Origin: Thermoplasmata archaeon
Lineage (GTDB): Archaea > Thermoplasmatota > E2 > JACPAO01 > JAHFTW01
NCBI GenBank assembly: GCA_034667725.1
Contig: JAXDQS010000010.1
Span: forward strand, 160,001 to 224,000
DNA: 64,000 nucleotides
Direction of reading: 5' to 3'
Under the pieces are notes generated by a model. That model saw only the letters and a list, made by a program, of their open reading frames with translations. It made no database searches and had not been told where the DNA came from. Shown piece by piece: positions 36,003 to 46,140 of the stretch. The translations under genes and the position numbers were made by a program. Within the stretch, counting starts at the first letter, position 1. Every line of letters starts with the position of its first letter.

Positions 36003-37217
36003 ATGGGCAACCCCGCCCCCCGCATCGCGTCCCCCTACGTGTCCGACCGGGTGCAGCACTTCCCCGAGTCGGTCATCCGGAGCATGAGCCGGGTCGCCAC
36101 CCAGCACGGCGCCATCAACCTCGGCCAAGGGTTCCCCGACTTCGACCCGCCGCGCGAGCTCTTGGACGCCGCCAAGGCCGCCCTCGACGCCGGCCACAAC
36201 CAGTACGCCGTCACCTGGGGCACGCCGGGCCTGCGCGCCGCCATCGCCGGCAAGCTGCGTTCGTTCAACGGCATCGACACGCACCCCGACGAAAACCTGG
36301 TCGTCACCTGCGGCGCCACCGAGGCGATGATGGCGACGATGCTCGCCACCGTCAACCCCGGCGACAAGGTGGTGCTGTTCGAGCCCTACTACGAGAACTT
36401 CGGCCCGGACGCGCTGGTGGCAGGCGGCAAGACCCTCCTGGTCCCGCTGCGCGAGCCCGACTTCCAGCCCGACCCCGACGCCCTGCGCGCCGCCATGGCC
36501 CAGTGCCCCAAGGCCGTGGTCGTGAACACGCCCGGCAACCCGACGGGGCGCGTCTTCACCGACGCCACCCTCAAGCTCATCGCGGACCTGTGCTCCGACT
36601 TCGGCGTCCTAGCGGTCACGGACGAGATCTACGAGCACATGGTGTACGACGGCAAGCGCCACCGCAGCCTCGCCACCGTGGGCGCCATGCACGAGCGCAC
36701 CGTCACCATCGGCGGCTTCAGCAAGACCTACAGCGTCACGGGCTGGCGCCTCGCCTACACCGCCGCACCCAAGCCGGTCACGGACGCCATCAAGCGCGTG
36801 CATGACTTCCTCACCGTCGGCGCGCCCCACCCGCTCCAGGTCGCCGCCGTCACCGCTCTTGGCCTGCCCGCCTCCTACTACACGGAGCTGACCCGCAGCT
36901 ACCAGGCCAAGCGCGACCTGCTGCTGGGCGCCCTCCGGTCGGCCGGCTTCCAGGCCCCCACGCCGGACGGCGCCTACTACGTCCTGGCCGACTGGACCGC
37001 GCTGGCCGGCGACGCCTTCCCCGACGACACCGCGTTCGCCATGTGGCTCACCAAGGAAGTTGGCGTCGCGTGCGTGCCGGGCTCCAGCTTCTTCGAGGAC
37101 GGCGCGCGCGGCCGCCACCTGGTGCGGTTCGCGTACCCGAAGAAGGAGGCGACGCTGCAAGCGGCGGCCGGGCGGCTGGCGACGGCGCGCGAGCGGCTGG
37201 AGCAGGTCTCCGCCTAG
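36003..37217 (+). CDS. PLP-dependent aminotransferase, class I/II
   Basis: INLGQGFPDF, GATEAM, NTPGNPTG, DEIYE, FSKTYSVTGWRL. Confidence 0.93.
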   Translation: MGNPAPRIASPYVSDRVQHFPESVIRSMSRVATQHGAINLGQGFPDFDPPRELLDAAKAALDAGHNQYAVTWGTPGLRAAIAGKLRSFNGIDTHPDENLVVTCGATEAMMATMLATVNPGDKVVLFEPYYENFGPDALVAGGKTLLVPLREPDFQPDPDALRAAMAQCPKAVVVNTPGNPTGRVFTDATLKLIADLCSDFGVLAVTDEIYEHMVYDGKRHRSLATVGAMHERTVTIGGFSKTYSVTGWRLAYTAAPKPVTDAIKRVHDFLTVGAPHPLQVAAVTALGLPASYYTELTRSYQAKRDLLLGALRSAGFQAPTPDGAYYVLADWTALAGDAFPDDTAFAMWLTKEVGVACVPGSSFFEDGARGRHLVRFAYPKKEATLQAAAGRLATARERLEQVSA

Positions 37218-37654
37218 CCCGTGGGCGTCGTCGGCTCCGCGACCGCCTTGCCGTCGCGCATGACGAGCCGCACCGTCCCCGCCGGCGGCGCCGTCCGCAG
37301 CGGCTTGCCGACCAGGTTGATCGGGTTGCCGTCCAGGTCGCCGTAGATGAGGAAGTAGCCGACGTCGCCGGAGTGCGGCGCCCGCAGCAGCGTCCAGCCC
37401 GCCGTCTCGATGTGCTTCTGGACGTCGGCGGCGTCGCCGGCCAGCGTGAAGCCGATGGCGGTGTCGAGCATCGTGGTGGGGCGGTCGTCCCAGCGGTGCA
37501 GCACGAGCTGGAGCCCGTCGTGGTGCTGGAGGACCGCCATGTCGCCGGCGTGGCGGACCTGCGTGAAGCCCAGCGCCTCGTAGAGCGGGACGTTGGCGTC
37601 GACGTCGCGGACGTAGCGGGCGACGTTGCGCAGGGTCAGGGTCGGGGCGGTCAT
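37214..37654 (-). CDS. VOC family protein
   Basis: YVRDVDA...YEALGF and DLDGNPINL. Confidence 0.75.
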   Translation of the reverse strand: MTAPTLTLRNVARYVRDVDANVPLYEALGFTQVRHAGDMAVLQHHDGLQLVLHRWDDRPTTMLDTAIGFTLAGDAADVQKHIETAGWTLLRAPHSGDVGYFLIYGDLDGNPINLVGKPLRTAPPAGTVRLVMRDGKAVAEPTTPTG

Positions 37655-37685
37655 GGTTGCGTCCACTTGAGGGCCGGTCATAAGC

Positions 37686-39500
37686 TCAGGTGTAGGTGGC
37701 CTTCAGCGTCACCGTGCCCGAGCCGCTGTAGCCGTAGACGCGGACGTACCAGTAGCCCGCCGCCGGGCTGGAGTGCGTGCAGGTCTCGGTACTGCCCGAG
37801 GCGTAGGGCCGGCAGGCGTAGGTGGTGTCCGTCGGCTTGGAGCCCAGGCGGGTGTAGAGGTCGGCGTCGACGCTGCAGCTCAGGAGGCCGCAGGCGGGGC
37901 CGGTCATCTCGACCACGAGCTGCGACTTGCCGGCGGGGACGTCGATCTTGTAGAACTTCTCCTGGCCGGTGGCGATGCTGAAGGAGACGGCGGTGCCGCT
38001 CGTGAGGTTGGGCGTCCCGGGGTCGGGATCGGAGCCGCCGCCGGAGGCGACGGTGACCGACTTGGTCTGGCTGTTGCTGCCGCCGCGGCCGTCGCTCACG
38101 GTCAAGGTCACGCTGTAGGTGCCGGCGGCCGCGTAGGTGCGGCTGGCGGTGACGCCGCTGCCGGAGCTGCTGTCGCCGAAGGTCCAGCTGTAGGTCAGCG
38201 GGTCGCCGTCGGCGTCGGTGGAGCCGCCGCCGTTGACGTTGACGGTGAGGCTGGAGGTCGTGAAGGTGAACGACGCGACCGGGGGCGTGTTCGGGGGCGG
38301 GCCGCCGCCGCACACGCTGGCCACCAGGAGGTCGGCGCGGGCGAGGCCGTAGCCGTAGGTGGTGTCGCGGCCGGCGGCGCCCAGGTCCTCCGCCGTGGAC
38401 TGGAGGGCCGACCGGAGCGCCGTGTTGGTGGTGCTGGGCGCGCAGCTCAGGGCAAGGGCGAGGGCGCCGGCCACGTGCGGGGTGGCCATGCTGGTGCCGC
38501 TCATGGTGGTGTAGCTGCCGGACGACGAGGTGCTGTCGATGGCGTTGCCGGGGGCCATGACCTCCAGGTCGGCGCCCATGTCGGAGAACGAGGCGCGCGC
38601 CTTGGTGTTGGTGGTGGCGCCGACGGCGATGACCTGGGAGTAGGCCGCCGGGTAGTCGATCGAGTTGGCGGCGCCGTCGTTGCCGGCGGCGGCCACCAGA
38701 AGGACGTTGCGGGCGTAGGCGTAGGCGACGGCGCTGGAGGTGGCGGAGTCGGAGGCGCTGGCGCCGATGCTCATCGAGATGATGCGGGCGCCCTGGTCGG
38801 TGGCGTCCACGATGGCCTGGGCGATGTCGGCGGTGCTGCCGGAGCACTCGACGGAGAGGATGCCGCCGATGGGCTGGAGCGCCTTGAGGGGCAGGATGGT
38901 CGCCTGGCTCATGCCCGCCACGCCGAGGTTGTTGTTGGTGGTGGCCGCGATGGTGCCGGTGACGTGGGTGCCGTGGCCGCAGCCGTCGTCGGGGTTGCTG
39001 TCGTTGTTGACGTAGTCGTAGCCGGTGAGGATGCGGGAGGCCTGGAAGTCGGGGTGCGTCTTGTAGAGGCCGGAGTCGATGACGGCCACCTTGATGGCCG
39101 AGGAGCCGTAGCCCGCCGAGCCCCACGCCGCCGGGAAGCCCATCTGGGGCGGGCCGTACTGGCCGCTGTAGCGCGTGTCGTTGGGGACGACGGAGCCGTG
39201 CACCTTGCCGTTGTCCTCGACCGAGCGGAGGCCGGGCAGCCCCGCCACCGCAAGCCGGAGCGGCGTCAAGTCGGGGGCCGCCACGACCAGGATGCCGATC
39301 TGCGGGATGGCCTGCACGACGGGGAAGCCGAGCAGGTCGTCGCCCACGCCGAGCGCCGGCATCGTCCCGTCCTCGAACGCCAGCATGGCCTCGCCGAAGG
39401 TCGTGGGCTGGGCCAAGCCGAGCGCCTCGAAGCCGGAGGGGAGGGCCGCGGCGGGTCCCACGGTCGTCAAAGCCAGCAGCACGGCCAAGAGGCGGAGCAT
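37686..39500 (-). CDS. Secreted S8 (subtilisin-like) serine protease with PKD and PPC domains
   Basis: VAVIDSG, GHGTHV.G, AAAGN, SGTSMATPHVAG; PKD (YSWTFGD...TYAAAGTYSVTLTV); PPC (DADLYTR...GYWYVRV). Confidence 0.93.
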   Translation of the reverse strand: MLRLLAVLLALTTVGPAAALPSGFEALGLAQPTTFGEAMLAFEDGTMPALGVGDDLLGFPVVQAIPQIGILVVAAPDLTPLRLAVAGLPGLRSVEDNGKVHGSVVPNDTRYSGQYGPPQMGFPAAWGSAGYGSSAIKVAVIDSGLYKTHPDFQASRILTGYDYVNNDSNPDDGCGHGTHVTGTIAATTNNNLGVAGMSQATILPLKALQPIGGILSVECSGSTADIAQAIVDATDQGARIISMSIGASASDSATSSAVAYAYARNVLLVAAAGNDGAANSIDYPAAYSQVIAVGATTNTKARASFSDMGADLEVMAPGNAIDSTSSSGSYTTMSGTSMATPHVAGALALALSCAPSTTNTALRSALQSTAEDLGAAGRDTTYGYGLARADLLVASVCGGGPPPNTPPVASFTFTTSSLTVNVNGGGSTDADGDPLTYSWTFGDSSSGSGVTASRTYAAAGTYSVTLTVSDGRGGSNSQTKSVTVASGGGSDPDPGTPNLTSGTAVSFSIATGQEKFYKIDVPAGKSQLVVEMTGPACGLLSCSVDADLYTRLGSKPTDTTYACRPYASGSTETCTHSSPAAGYWYVRVYGYSGSGTVTLKATYT

Positions 39501-39592
39501 GCGCGGCGATGCCGGGTCGGGCGCATAAGGCCTGGCGCAAAGGTCCCCGCCTGCCGAAGCCAAATGCCCGCTTTCGTGCAGCCGAAGTGGGT

Positions 39593-39943
39593 TCACAGCA
39601 GCGAAAGGTGGCCCGTGACCCGGTCGATCGCCGACTCCTTGCCGGGACCGATGCCGAGCACCGTCACCGTGCCCGCCGGAATCTCGGTGTGGCCCGCGTC
39701 CTTGATGAGCGCCGTGCACAGCCCCAGCCGCTCGGCGGCGGCCTTCAGCTCATGGAACTCCTTCTCGCTCGGCACCTTCAGCACCGCCTTCATCTGGCCT
39801 TGGCTCAACCACTCCGCCAAGTCGTCGCGGGCGTACTTCTGCGCCTTCAAGGTGCACTCCACCGCCGCGTGGCCCACCTGCGCCGCCAGCTTCCCCTTCG
39901 AAAGGTCCAGGTCCTTGCGGGCCAGGATCACCATCTTCCACAT
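39593..39943 (-). CDS. pth2: Peptidyl-tRNA hydrolase Pth2
   Basis: KMVILARKDL.LSKGKLAAQVGHAA, GQMKAVLKV, IKDAGHTEIPAGTVTVLGIGP. Confidence 0.95.
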   Translation of the reverse strand: MWKMVILARKDLDLSKGKLAAQVGHAAVECTLKAQKYARDDLAEWLSQGQMKAVLKVPSEKEFHELKAAAERLGLCTALIKDAGHTEIPAGTVTVLGIGPGKESAIDRVTGHLSLL

Positions 39944-39950
39944 GCGAGGC

Positions 39951-40304
39951 TCACTTCCAGTCTGCGGCGGCCCGCTCGGCCTCCGCCCAGTCCACGGCGC
40001 CCACCAGCGCCAGCTCGCCGCCGCGCGGCTCCAGCCGCGCGACCGGCACGGCGCGGTGGACGCCGGCCTGGCGCAGGATGGCGCGCTCGCCCGCGACCGC
40101 GACCACCTCGCCGACGACGCTGCCCTCGTGCTGCACGTAGCGGCCCACGATCGGATGGACGCCCTCCGCCGGCGGAGGATGGGCGGAGATGGGGGCGGGG
40201 GCGTCGCGGGCCCGCGCGGCCCGGAGGTTGTTGTACGCAATGACCGCCAGCAGCATCCCAAGCACGCCCGCGATGGTCAGCAGCTCCTGCGCCGAGAACG
40301 CCAT
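39951..40304 (-). CDS. Single-TM protein with a small beta-barrel (PRC-barrel-like)
   Basis: TM helix then IVGRYV...VGEVVAV...VDWAEA...WK. Confidence 0.65.
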   Translation of the reverse strand: MAFSAQELLTIAGVLGMLLAVIAYNNLRAARARDAPAPISAHPPPAEGVHPIVGRYVQHEGSVVGEVVAVAGERAILRQAGVHRAVPVARLEPRGGELALVGAVDWAEAERAAADWK

Positions 40305-40358
40305 GGCCGCCGCAGCCGGGGGATTGACTTGAAGATGCCCCGCGAGGTCGCGCCTGTA

Positions 40359-40916
40359 GTGGCATGGTTCTTGTGGGCGCCCATCGCCCTTGTGGTGCTG
40401 CTCGGCGTCGTCGCGCTGTTCCAGTTCAACCGCATGGTGACACTCCGGAACCGCTGCGCCGAGTCCTGGAGCAACGTCGACACCGAGCTCAAGCGCCGCC
40501 ACGACCTCGTCCCCAACCTCGTGGCCGCCGTGCAAGGCTACGCCAAGCACGAGAAGGAGGTCCTCGCCGCCGTCACCGCGGCCCGCGCCCGCGTCCTGGC
40601 CGCCACCGGCCGCGCCGAGCTGCTCCGGGGCGAGAACGCGCTCGCCGGCAGCCTCGACCGCCTGCTCGCCGTCGCCGAGGCCTACCCCCGCCTGCAGGCG
40701 TCGCGCAACTTCCTCGTCCTCCAGCAGGAGCTGGCCGTCACCGAGGACCGCATCCAGGCCGCGCGCCGGTTCTACAACGCCAACGTCCGCGACTACCGCG
40801 ACCAGACCCGCCAGTTCCCCGGCAACCTGCTCGCCGGCCTCTACAAGATGGAGCCCATCGCGTTCTTCGAGGTCGAGTCGCCGCGCCACCTCGCAACGCC
40901 CCGGGTGTCGCTGTGA
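40359..40916 (+). CDS. lemA: LemA family protein
   Basis: WSNVDTELKRRHDLVPNLV..VQGYAKHE, AVAEAYP.LQAS.NFL.LQ.EL..TEDRIQAARRFYN, QFPGNLLA. Confidence 0.93.
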   Translation: MAWFLWAPIALVVLLGVVALFQFNRMVTLRNRCAESWSNVDTELKRRHDLVPNLVAAVQGYAKHEKEVLAAVTAARARVLAATGRAELLRGENALAGSLDRLLAVAEAYPRLQASRNFLVLQQELAVTEDRIQAARRFYNANVRDYRDQTRQFPGNLLAGLYKMEPIAFFEVESPRHLATPRVSL

Positions 40917-41659
40917 AGCCCGCCCAGGCCGCGGCGCTGGTGGCAGTCATCCTCGTGTTCGCCGGCCTCGCCGTCGGAAGCATGCTGGGCGGCGGCGTGT
41001 TCCTGCTGTTCACCGGCTTCCTCGGCCTCGGCATCGGGCTCGCCGTCTACGGCTTCCTGCACGCCAAGGCCATCCGCGACGAGCTGCGGACGCTGGCGCA
41101 GCGGCACCGCTGGGAGTTCATCGAATCGGACAAGCAGGACCGCCCCCACCGCTTCAAGGGATTCGCCCCGTTCGGGGTCGGCGGCGGCCGCACCGCGCTC
41201 AACATCCTGGCCGGCAAGTTCGAAGGGATGCCGTTCGAGGCCTTCACCTACCGCTACACCACCAGCAACGGCAAGCACCAGCAGACCCACCAGCACGAGG
41301 TCGTCGCCGTCCCCATGCCCCTGCACGGCCCCGCCCTGCGCATCAGCCCCGAGCACATCGGCCACAAGCTCGCCGACGCCCTCGGCGCCAGCGACATCGA
41401 CTTCGAGTCCGACGCCTTCTCCCGCCGCTTCTGGATCCAATGCGACGACCGGCGCTTCGCCTACGACGTCATCCCGCCCGCCACCATGGAGCTCCTGCTC
41501 CAGCACGGCGGCAACTGGACCTGGCAATGGCGCGGCACGACCCTCGTCCTCTCCCGGCAAGGCACCGTGCGCGCCGACGACGTGCTGCCCATGCTCCGGT
41601 TGGCCAACGGATTCAAGGAACGGCTGCCGCGGCATCTGCTGGCCGAACGGAGGCCTTGA
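40913..41659 (+). CDS. DUF3137-like membrane protein, typical LemA neighbour
   Basis: Two TM helices, then YRYTTSNGK and DIDFESDAFSRRF...D.RFAYDVI.P. Confidence 0.7.
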   Translation: MKPAQAAALVAVILVFAGLAVGSMLGGGVFLLFTGFLGLGIGLAVYGFLHAKAIRDELRTLAQRHRWEFIESDKQDRPHRFKGFAPFGVGGGRTALNILAGKFEGMPFEAFTYRYTTSNGKHQQTHQHEVVAVPMPLHGPALRISPEHIGHKLADALGASDIDFESDAFSRRFWIQCDDRRFAYDVIPPATMELLLQHGGNWTWQWRGTTLVLSRQGTVRADDVLPMLRLANGFKERLPRHLLAERRP

Positions 41660-41684
41660 AACGCACCCCGTCCTGCCGCGCCCC

Positions 41685-42893
41685 GTGCAGGCGTTCGACG
41701 TGGTGGTGGTGGGGGCCGGGCCGACCGGCTCGAACACCGCCCGCCTGCTGCGCCAGCGCGGCTGGAGCGTCCTCCTGCTCGAAGAGCATCCCACCGTCGG
41801 CATCCCGGTCCAATGCGCGGGGCTGGTGACGCCGCGCCTGTTCGACCACACGCCGTTCCCGATCGGCGACTTGTGGCAGAACGACCTGCGGGGCGGCCGC
41901 GTCGTGGCGCCCGACGGCACGGCGGTCGAGTTCGAGGCCGCCGAGGTCCATGCGCAGGCGATGGACCGGGCCCGCTTCGACCAGCGCATGGCGGAGGCCG
42001 CGGTCGCCGCCGGCGTCGAGCTGCGGGTCGCGACCAAGGCGACCGGCGCGGCGCGCGACCCGGGCGGCGTCACGGTGACGGTGCAGGGCCCCGGCGGCGT
42101 GCAGCAGGTCCGCTGCCGCCTGCTGGTGGGCGCCGACGGCCTGCGGGGCGGGGTGGCCCGCTGGTTCGGCTTCCCGCCGGTCGAGGAGATCGTGTCGTGC
42201 TACGAGGCCGAGCTGTCGGGCTGCACGCTCGACCCGCGTCCGCACATGATCCCGATGTTCGCCGGCAGCGCCCAGGCGCCCGGCTTCTTCTCCTGGATCA
42301 TCCCGGTCGGCGGCGACCGTGCCCGCGCTGGCCTCGCGGTGGCGCCCGGCATGAACCTGGAGTCCGCCAAGCGCTACTACGAGCGGATGTTCGAGGACCC
42401 GCACTCGGCGCCCTACCTCGCGGGGGCAAAGGAGGGTTATCTCATCATCGGCGGCATCCCGCTCGGCCTGCGGGCCCAAGTGGTCCAGGACCGCGTGGCG
42501 CTGGTGGGCGACGCGGCCGGCATGGCCAAGCCGACGTCGGGCGGCGGCATCTACTACGGCGTGCTGGCAAGCGAGATGCTGTGCGACGTGGCCGACAAGG
42601 GCCTGCGCACTGACCGCCTCAGCCGCGGCGACCTCTTGCCCTACGAGCGGCGCGTGCTGCGGGTGCTGGGCCGCGAGCTGCGGAAGGGCAAGGCCATCCG
42701 GCACCTCTACAAGCGGTTCGGGGACGCGGACTTCAACCGCCTTGCCCGCCTGCTGTCGAAGCCTCGCCCCAAGGCGGTCATCGAGCGGGTCGGCGACATC
42801 GACTTCCCCAGCCGCCTCGTCCTGCCGTTGCTGTGGGCCCAGCCCCGGTTGGTGCCGTTCTTCCTGCGCGTGATGCTGAGGCCCGCCCCATGA
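41685..42893 (+). CDS. Geranylgeranyl reductase family FAD oxidoreductase (DGGGPL reductase-like)
   Basis: DVVVVGAGPTG, PVQCAG, DRARFD, APGFFSWIIP, LVGDAAG..KPTSGGGIY. Confidence 0.9.
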   Translation: MQAFDVVVVGAGPTGSNTARLLRQRGWSVLLLEEHPTVGIPVQCAGLVTPRLFDHTPFPIGDLWQNDLRGGRVVAPDGTAVEFEAAEVHAQAMDRARFDQRMAEAAVAAGVELRVATKATGAARDPGGVTVTVQGPGGVQQVRCRLLVGADGLRGGVARWFGFPPVEEIVSCYEAELSGCTLDPRPHMIPMFAGSAQAPGFFSWIIPVGGDRARAGLAVAPGMNLESAKRYYERMFEDPHSAPYLAGAKEGYLIIGGIPLGLRAQVVQDRVALVGDAAGMAKPTSGGGIYYGVLASEMLCDVADKGLRTDRLSRGDLLPYERRVLRVLGRELRKGKAIRHLYKRFGDADFNRLARLLSKPRPKAVIERVGDIDFPSRLVLPLLWAQPRLVPFFLRVMLRPAP

Positions 42894-43468
42894 GGCAGCA
42901 CCGCGGCTCCCGCCTTCCCGGCGCCATCGACGTCGTCGTCTACTACACCGCCCAGGACGACCCGCGCAAGAACACGGCGCTCCGGATGCAGAAGCACGGC
43001 AAGGCCCGCGTCGTCGACAAGCTGGAGCGCACGCCCAAGCACTCCGTCCTCTTGAACCCGTTCGCCAAGAAGGCCCTGAGCCGCGAAGACCTGGAGGACA
43101 TGCGCAAGCACGGCCTGCTCGCCCTCGACTGCTCGTGGCACCACGCCGAGGAGGCCTTCCCCGTCCTCTTGGGGCAGACCCGCAGCCGCGCCCTGCCGTT
43201 CCTGGTGGCCGCCAACCCGATCAACTACGGCAAGCCGTTCGTCCTGAGCACCGTCGAGGCGGTCGGCGCGGCGCTCTACATCGTCGGCGAGGCCCGCAAG
43301 GCGCGCGACGTGCTGTCCTGCGTCCCGTTCGGCGAGCGCTTCCTGGAGCTGAACAAGAACCCGCTGGAGGACTACGCCAAGTGCGACACCTCGGCGCAGG
43401 TCGTGGCGGCGCAGGCGCTGTACCTGGACGAGGATGCGTCCTTCGTGCCCGGCGACGCCGAGGAGTAG
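42890..43468 (+). CDS. tsr3: rRNA aminocarboxypropyltransferase Tsr3 (DUF367)
   Basis: QDDPRKNTA, LDCSW, RALPFLVAANPINYGKP..LSTVEA, FLELN..PLEDY. Confidence 0.92.
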   Translation: MRQHRGSRLPGAIDVVVYYTAQDDPRKNTALRMQKHGKARVVDKLERTPKHSVLLNPFAKKALSREDLEDMRKHGLLALDCSWHHAEEAFPVLLGQTRSRALPFLVAANPINYGKPFVLSTVEAVGAALYIVGEARKARDVLSCVPFGERFLELNKNPLEDYAKCDTSAQVVAAQALYLDEDASFVPGDAEE

Positions 43469-43499
43469 CTTCATGCCCTGCCGCTAGGTCGCGCCCCTG

Positions 43500-44657
43500 T
43501 TGGCGGCGTTCACCTTCGACGGCCGGACGGTCCCGTTCGAGCCCGGCGACACCCTCGGCTCGGCGCTGCACCGCGCCGGCGTCAAGGTCATCTCGCGCAG
43601 CCTGCGCTACCACCGCCCGCGCGGCCTCTACTGCAACGCCGGCTCGTGCGCCTCCTGCTTCGTCGGCGTCGACGGCGTCCCCAACGTGCCCGCCTGCATG
43701 GCCCTCGCCCACGACGGCCTCAAGGTCGAGTCGCAGAACACCCTCGGCTCGGCCAAGCACGACCTGTTCGGCATCGTGGACAAGGTGTACCGCAAGGGGT
43801 TCGAGCCGCACCACGCCTTCACCAAGCCGCGCCTCCTCAACGAGGCGTTCCTCAAGGGCGTCCGCTTCATGAGCGGCCTCGGCAGCGTCCCGGCCCCGGA
43901 CGCCGAATTGCCCGCCCCGCGTCGTCACACCCTTGAGGTGCAGGAGCTCGTCGTCGGCGCCGGCCACAAGGGACTGGCCCGCGCCCACGCCGCGGCGGCG
44001 GCCGGCATCGACGTGCTGCTCATCGACGAGGCGCACCACCTCGGCGGCACCGCCGTCTATGATCCCATGGAGGACGACACGCGCAGGCTGGCCCGCAGCG
44101 CGTCCAAGGCCTGGACCGGCGCCCTCGCCTTCGGCCTCTACCGCGAGCACGGCCGCCTGGTCGCCGGCATCCGGCGCCTGCGGGACGACGGCGGCGAGGA
44201 CCTATGGGAGGTCACGGCCGCCCGCGTGACCCTCGCCACCGGCAGCCACGACGCCTGGCCGCTGTTCGTCAACAACGACCTGCCCGGCATCCTCAGCCTG
44301 CGCGGTGCCCAGCGCCTCTGGGGCGAGCACCAGGTGCTGCCCGGCAAGGCCATCGTCGTCCACGGCCCCGCGATGCCGGCCGCGCTGCAAGCCCAGCTGG
44401 AGGCGGCCGGCGCGCGCGTGCTTGCGACCGGCACCGTCCGCGCGGCCAAGGGCGGCACCGTGGTCGAGGCGGCCGAGGTCGACGGCACCTGGATCCCGTG
44501 CGACACCATCCTGTGCAACCTGCCCGGCACGCCGCGCGTCGAGCTGCACCAGCAGGCCGGCTGCGACCTCGCGTTCCAGGGCGGCGTGCTGGCGCCCGTC
44601 GCCGACGCGGCCGGCGCGACCAGCGTGCCCGGCGTCTTCGTGGGGGTGCCTGGATGA
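43500..44657 (+). CDS. Sarcosine oxidase alpha / dye-linked L-proline dehydrogenase alpha-like subunit (2Fe-2S and dinucleotide-binding)
   Basis: SRSLRYHRPRGLYCNAGSCASC...AC, VVGAG..GL, LATGS, NNDLPGI. Confidence 0.85.
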   Translation: MAAFTFDGRTVPFEPGDTLGSALHRAGVKVISRSLRYHRPRGLYCNAGSCASCFVGVDGVPNVPACMALAHDGLKVESQNTLGSAKHDLFGIVDKVYRKGFEPHHAFTKPRLLNEAFLKGVRFMSGLGSVPAPDAELPAPRRHTLEVQELVVGAGHKGLARAHAAAAAGIDVLLIDEAHHLGGTAVYDPMEDDTRRLARSASKAWTGALAFGLYREHGRLVAGIRRLRDDGGEDLWEVTAARVTLATGSHDAWPLFVNNDLPGILSLRGAQRLWGEHQVLPGKAIVVHGPAMPAALQAQLEAAGARVLATGTVRAAKGGTVVEAAEVDGTWIPCDTILCNLPGTPRVELHQQAGCDLAFQGGVLAPVADAAGATSVPGVFVGVPG

Positions 44658-44938
44658 CGACGCCCAAGACGATGGCGTGCCGCTGCGAGGACATCACGGT
44701 CGAGGACTGCACCGAGGCGATCGCGCACGGCTACGCCTGCTTCGAGGACCTCAAGCGCTTCCTCGGCGTCGGCACCGGCCCCTGCCAGGGCAAATCGTGC
44801 GTCCAGGCCTGCATGAGGCTGGTCGCCGACGCGCGCGGCATCCCGATCGACGACGTCGACGTGATGACCTTCCGCCCGCCCGTGCGACCGGTGGCGTTCG
44901 CGACCCTCGCAGCCCCCGACGCGGAGGACGCGCCGTGA
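44654..44938 (+). CDS. BFD-like (2Fe-2S)-binding subunit
   Basis: CRCEDIT, LKR..G.GTGPCQGKSC, TFRPPVRPV. Confidence 0.88.
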   Translation: MTTPKTMACRCEDITVEDCTEAIAHGYACFEDLKRFLGVGTGPCQGKSCVQACMRLVADARGIPIDDVDVMTFRPPVRPVAFATLAAPDAEDAP

Positions 44939-46107
44939 TCCCCCCGCTTGCCGCCGGCCCGCGCAAGTCGCGCTACCATGTCGTCGTCATCGGCGGCGGC
45001 GCCATCGGCCTCGCCACCGCCTACCATCTCGCCAAGCTCGGCGTCACCGACGTCCTGGTGCTCGACAAGGACTCCCTCGTCAAGGGCGCCACCGGCCGCA
45101 ACGGCGGCGGCGTGCGGGCCCAATGGACCTCGAAGGAGAACATCCAGCTCGCGCAACGGAGCATCCAGCAGTTCAAGCGGTTCGCCACCGACACCGGCCA
45201 CAACTCGTTCTTCCGCCAAGGCGGCTACCTGTTCCTCACCCGCAGCGACGCGCAGCTGGCGGCCCTCGCCCGCGCCGCCGCCTTCCAGAACGACCACGGC
45301 GTCCGCACCCGTGTGATCAGCCTCGACCATGCGCGGGACATCGTGCCCGGCCTCGACACCGACGGCTGCGTCGGCGCCACCTACAACCCGGACGACGCCG
45401 TGCTGTTCCCGTGGCCCGTGGTGTGGGGCTACAAGGAGGCCGCCGAGAAGCGCGGCGCCGAGGTCGTGACCTTCACCAGCGTCACGGGCCTGCGGGTCGC
45501 GGGTGGCAAGGTCACCCACGTCGAGACGAACCGCGGCGCCATCGCGTGCGACTGGGTCGTCAACGCCGCCGGCGCGTGGAGCCGCGAACTGGCCCGCCTC
45601 GTCGGCGTGGACCTGCCCGTCAAGCCCGAACGGCACGAGATCCTGGTGAGCGAGCCCCTCAAGCCGTTTTTGGACCCGATGCTGGTGGACCTCTCGACCG
45701 GCTACTACCTCAACCAGGACATGCGCGGCGAACTGGTCGGCGGCCTCGGCACCCACACCGAGGAGTCGATGGACTGGTCGAGCAGCCTGGAGTTCCTGCG
45801 CGCCTTCAGCAAAGAGACGATGCGCCTGCTGCCCCGCCTCGGCCCCGTGCGCGTCCTTCGCCAATGGGCCGGCTCCTACGACAAGACCCCCGACGCCAAG
45901 CCCATCCTCGGTGTCGCGGAGAACGGCCCCTCCAACCTCGTGCAGGCCAACGGCTTCAGCGGCCACGGCCTCATGATCTCCCCCATGGTCGGCCAACTGA
46001 TGGCGGAGCTGGTCGCCGGCCGCAAGCCCACGCTCGACCTCCGGCCCTACGCCTTGGAACGGTTCGAGCGCGGCGAGGCCGAGCCCGACGCCATGGTCAT
46101 CGGGTGA
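44935..46107 (+). CDS. FAD-dependent oxidoreductase (sarcosine oxidase beta / proline dehydrogenase beta-like)
   Basis: VVVIGGGAIG, GATGRNGGGVR, VNAAGAWS, WAGSYD.TPD..PILG, GFSGHGLMISP. Confidence 0.9.
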   Translation: MIPPLAAGPRKSRYHVVVIGGGAIGLATAYHLAKLGVTDVLVLDKDSLVKGATGRNGGGVRAQWTSKENIQLAQRSIQQFKRFATDTGHNSFFRQGGYLFLTRSDAQLAALARAAAFQNDHGVRTRVISLDHARDIVPGLDTDGCVGATYNPDDAVLFPWPVVWGYKEAAEKRGAEVVTFTSVTGLRVAGGKVTHVETNRGAIACDWVVNAAGAWSRELARLVGVDLPVKPERHEILVSEPLKPFLDPMLVDLSTGYYLNQDMRGELVGGLGTHTEESMDWSSSLEFLRAFSKETMRLLPRLGPVRVLRQWAGSYDKTPDAKPILGVAENGPSNLVQANGFSGHGLMISPMVGQLMAELVAGRKPTLDLRPYALERFERGEAEPDAMVIG

Positions 46108-46140
46108 ACGCCTATCAACACGGGCCCGCTTGCGTGGCCG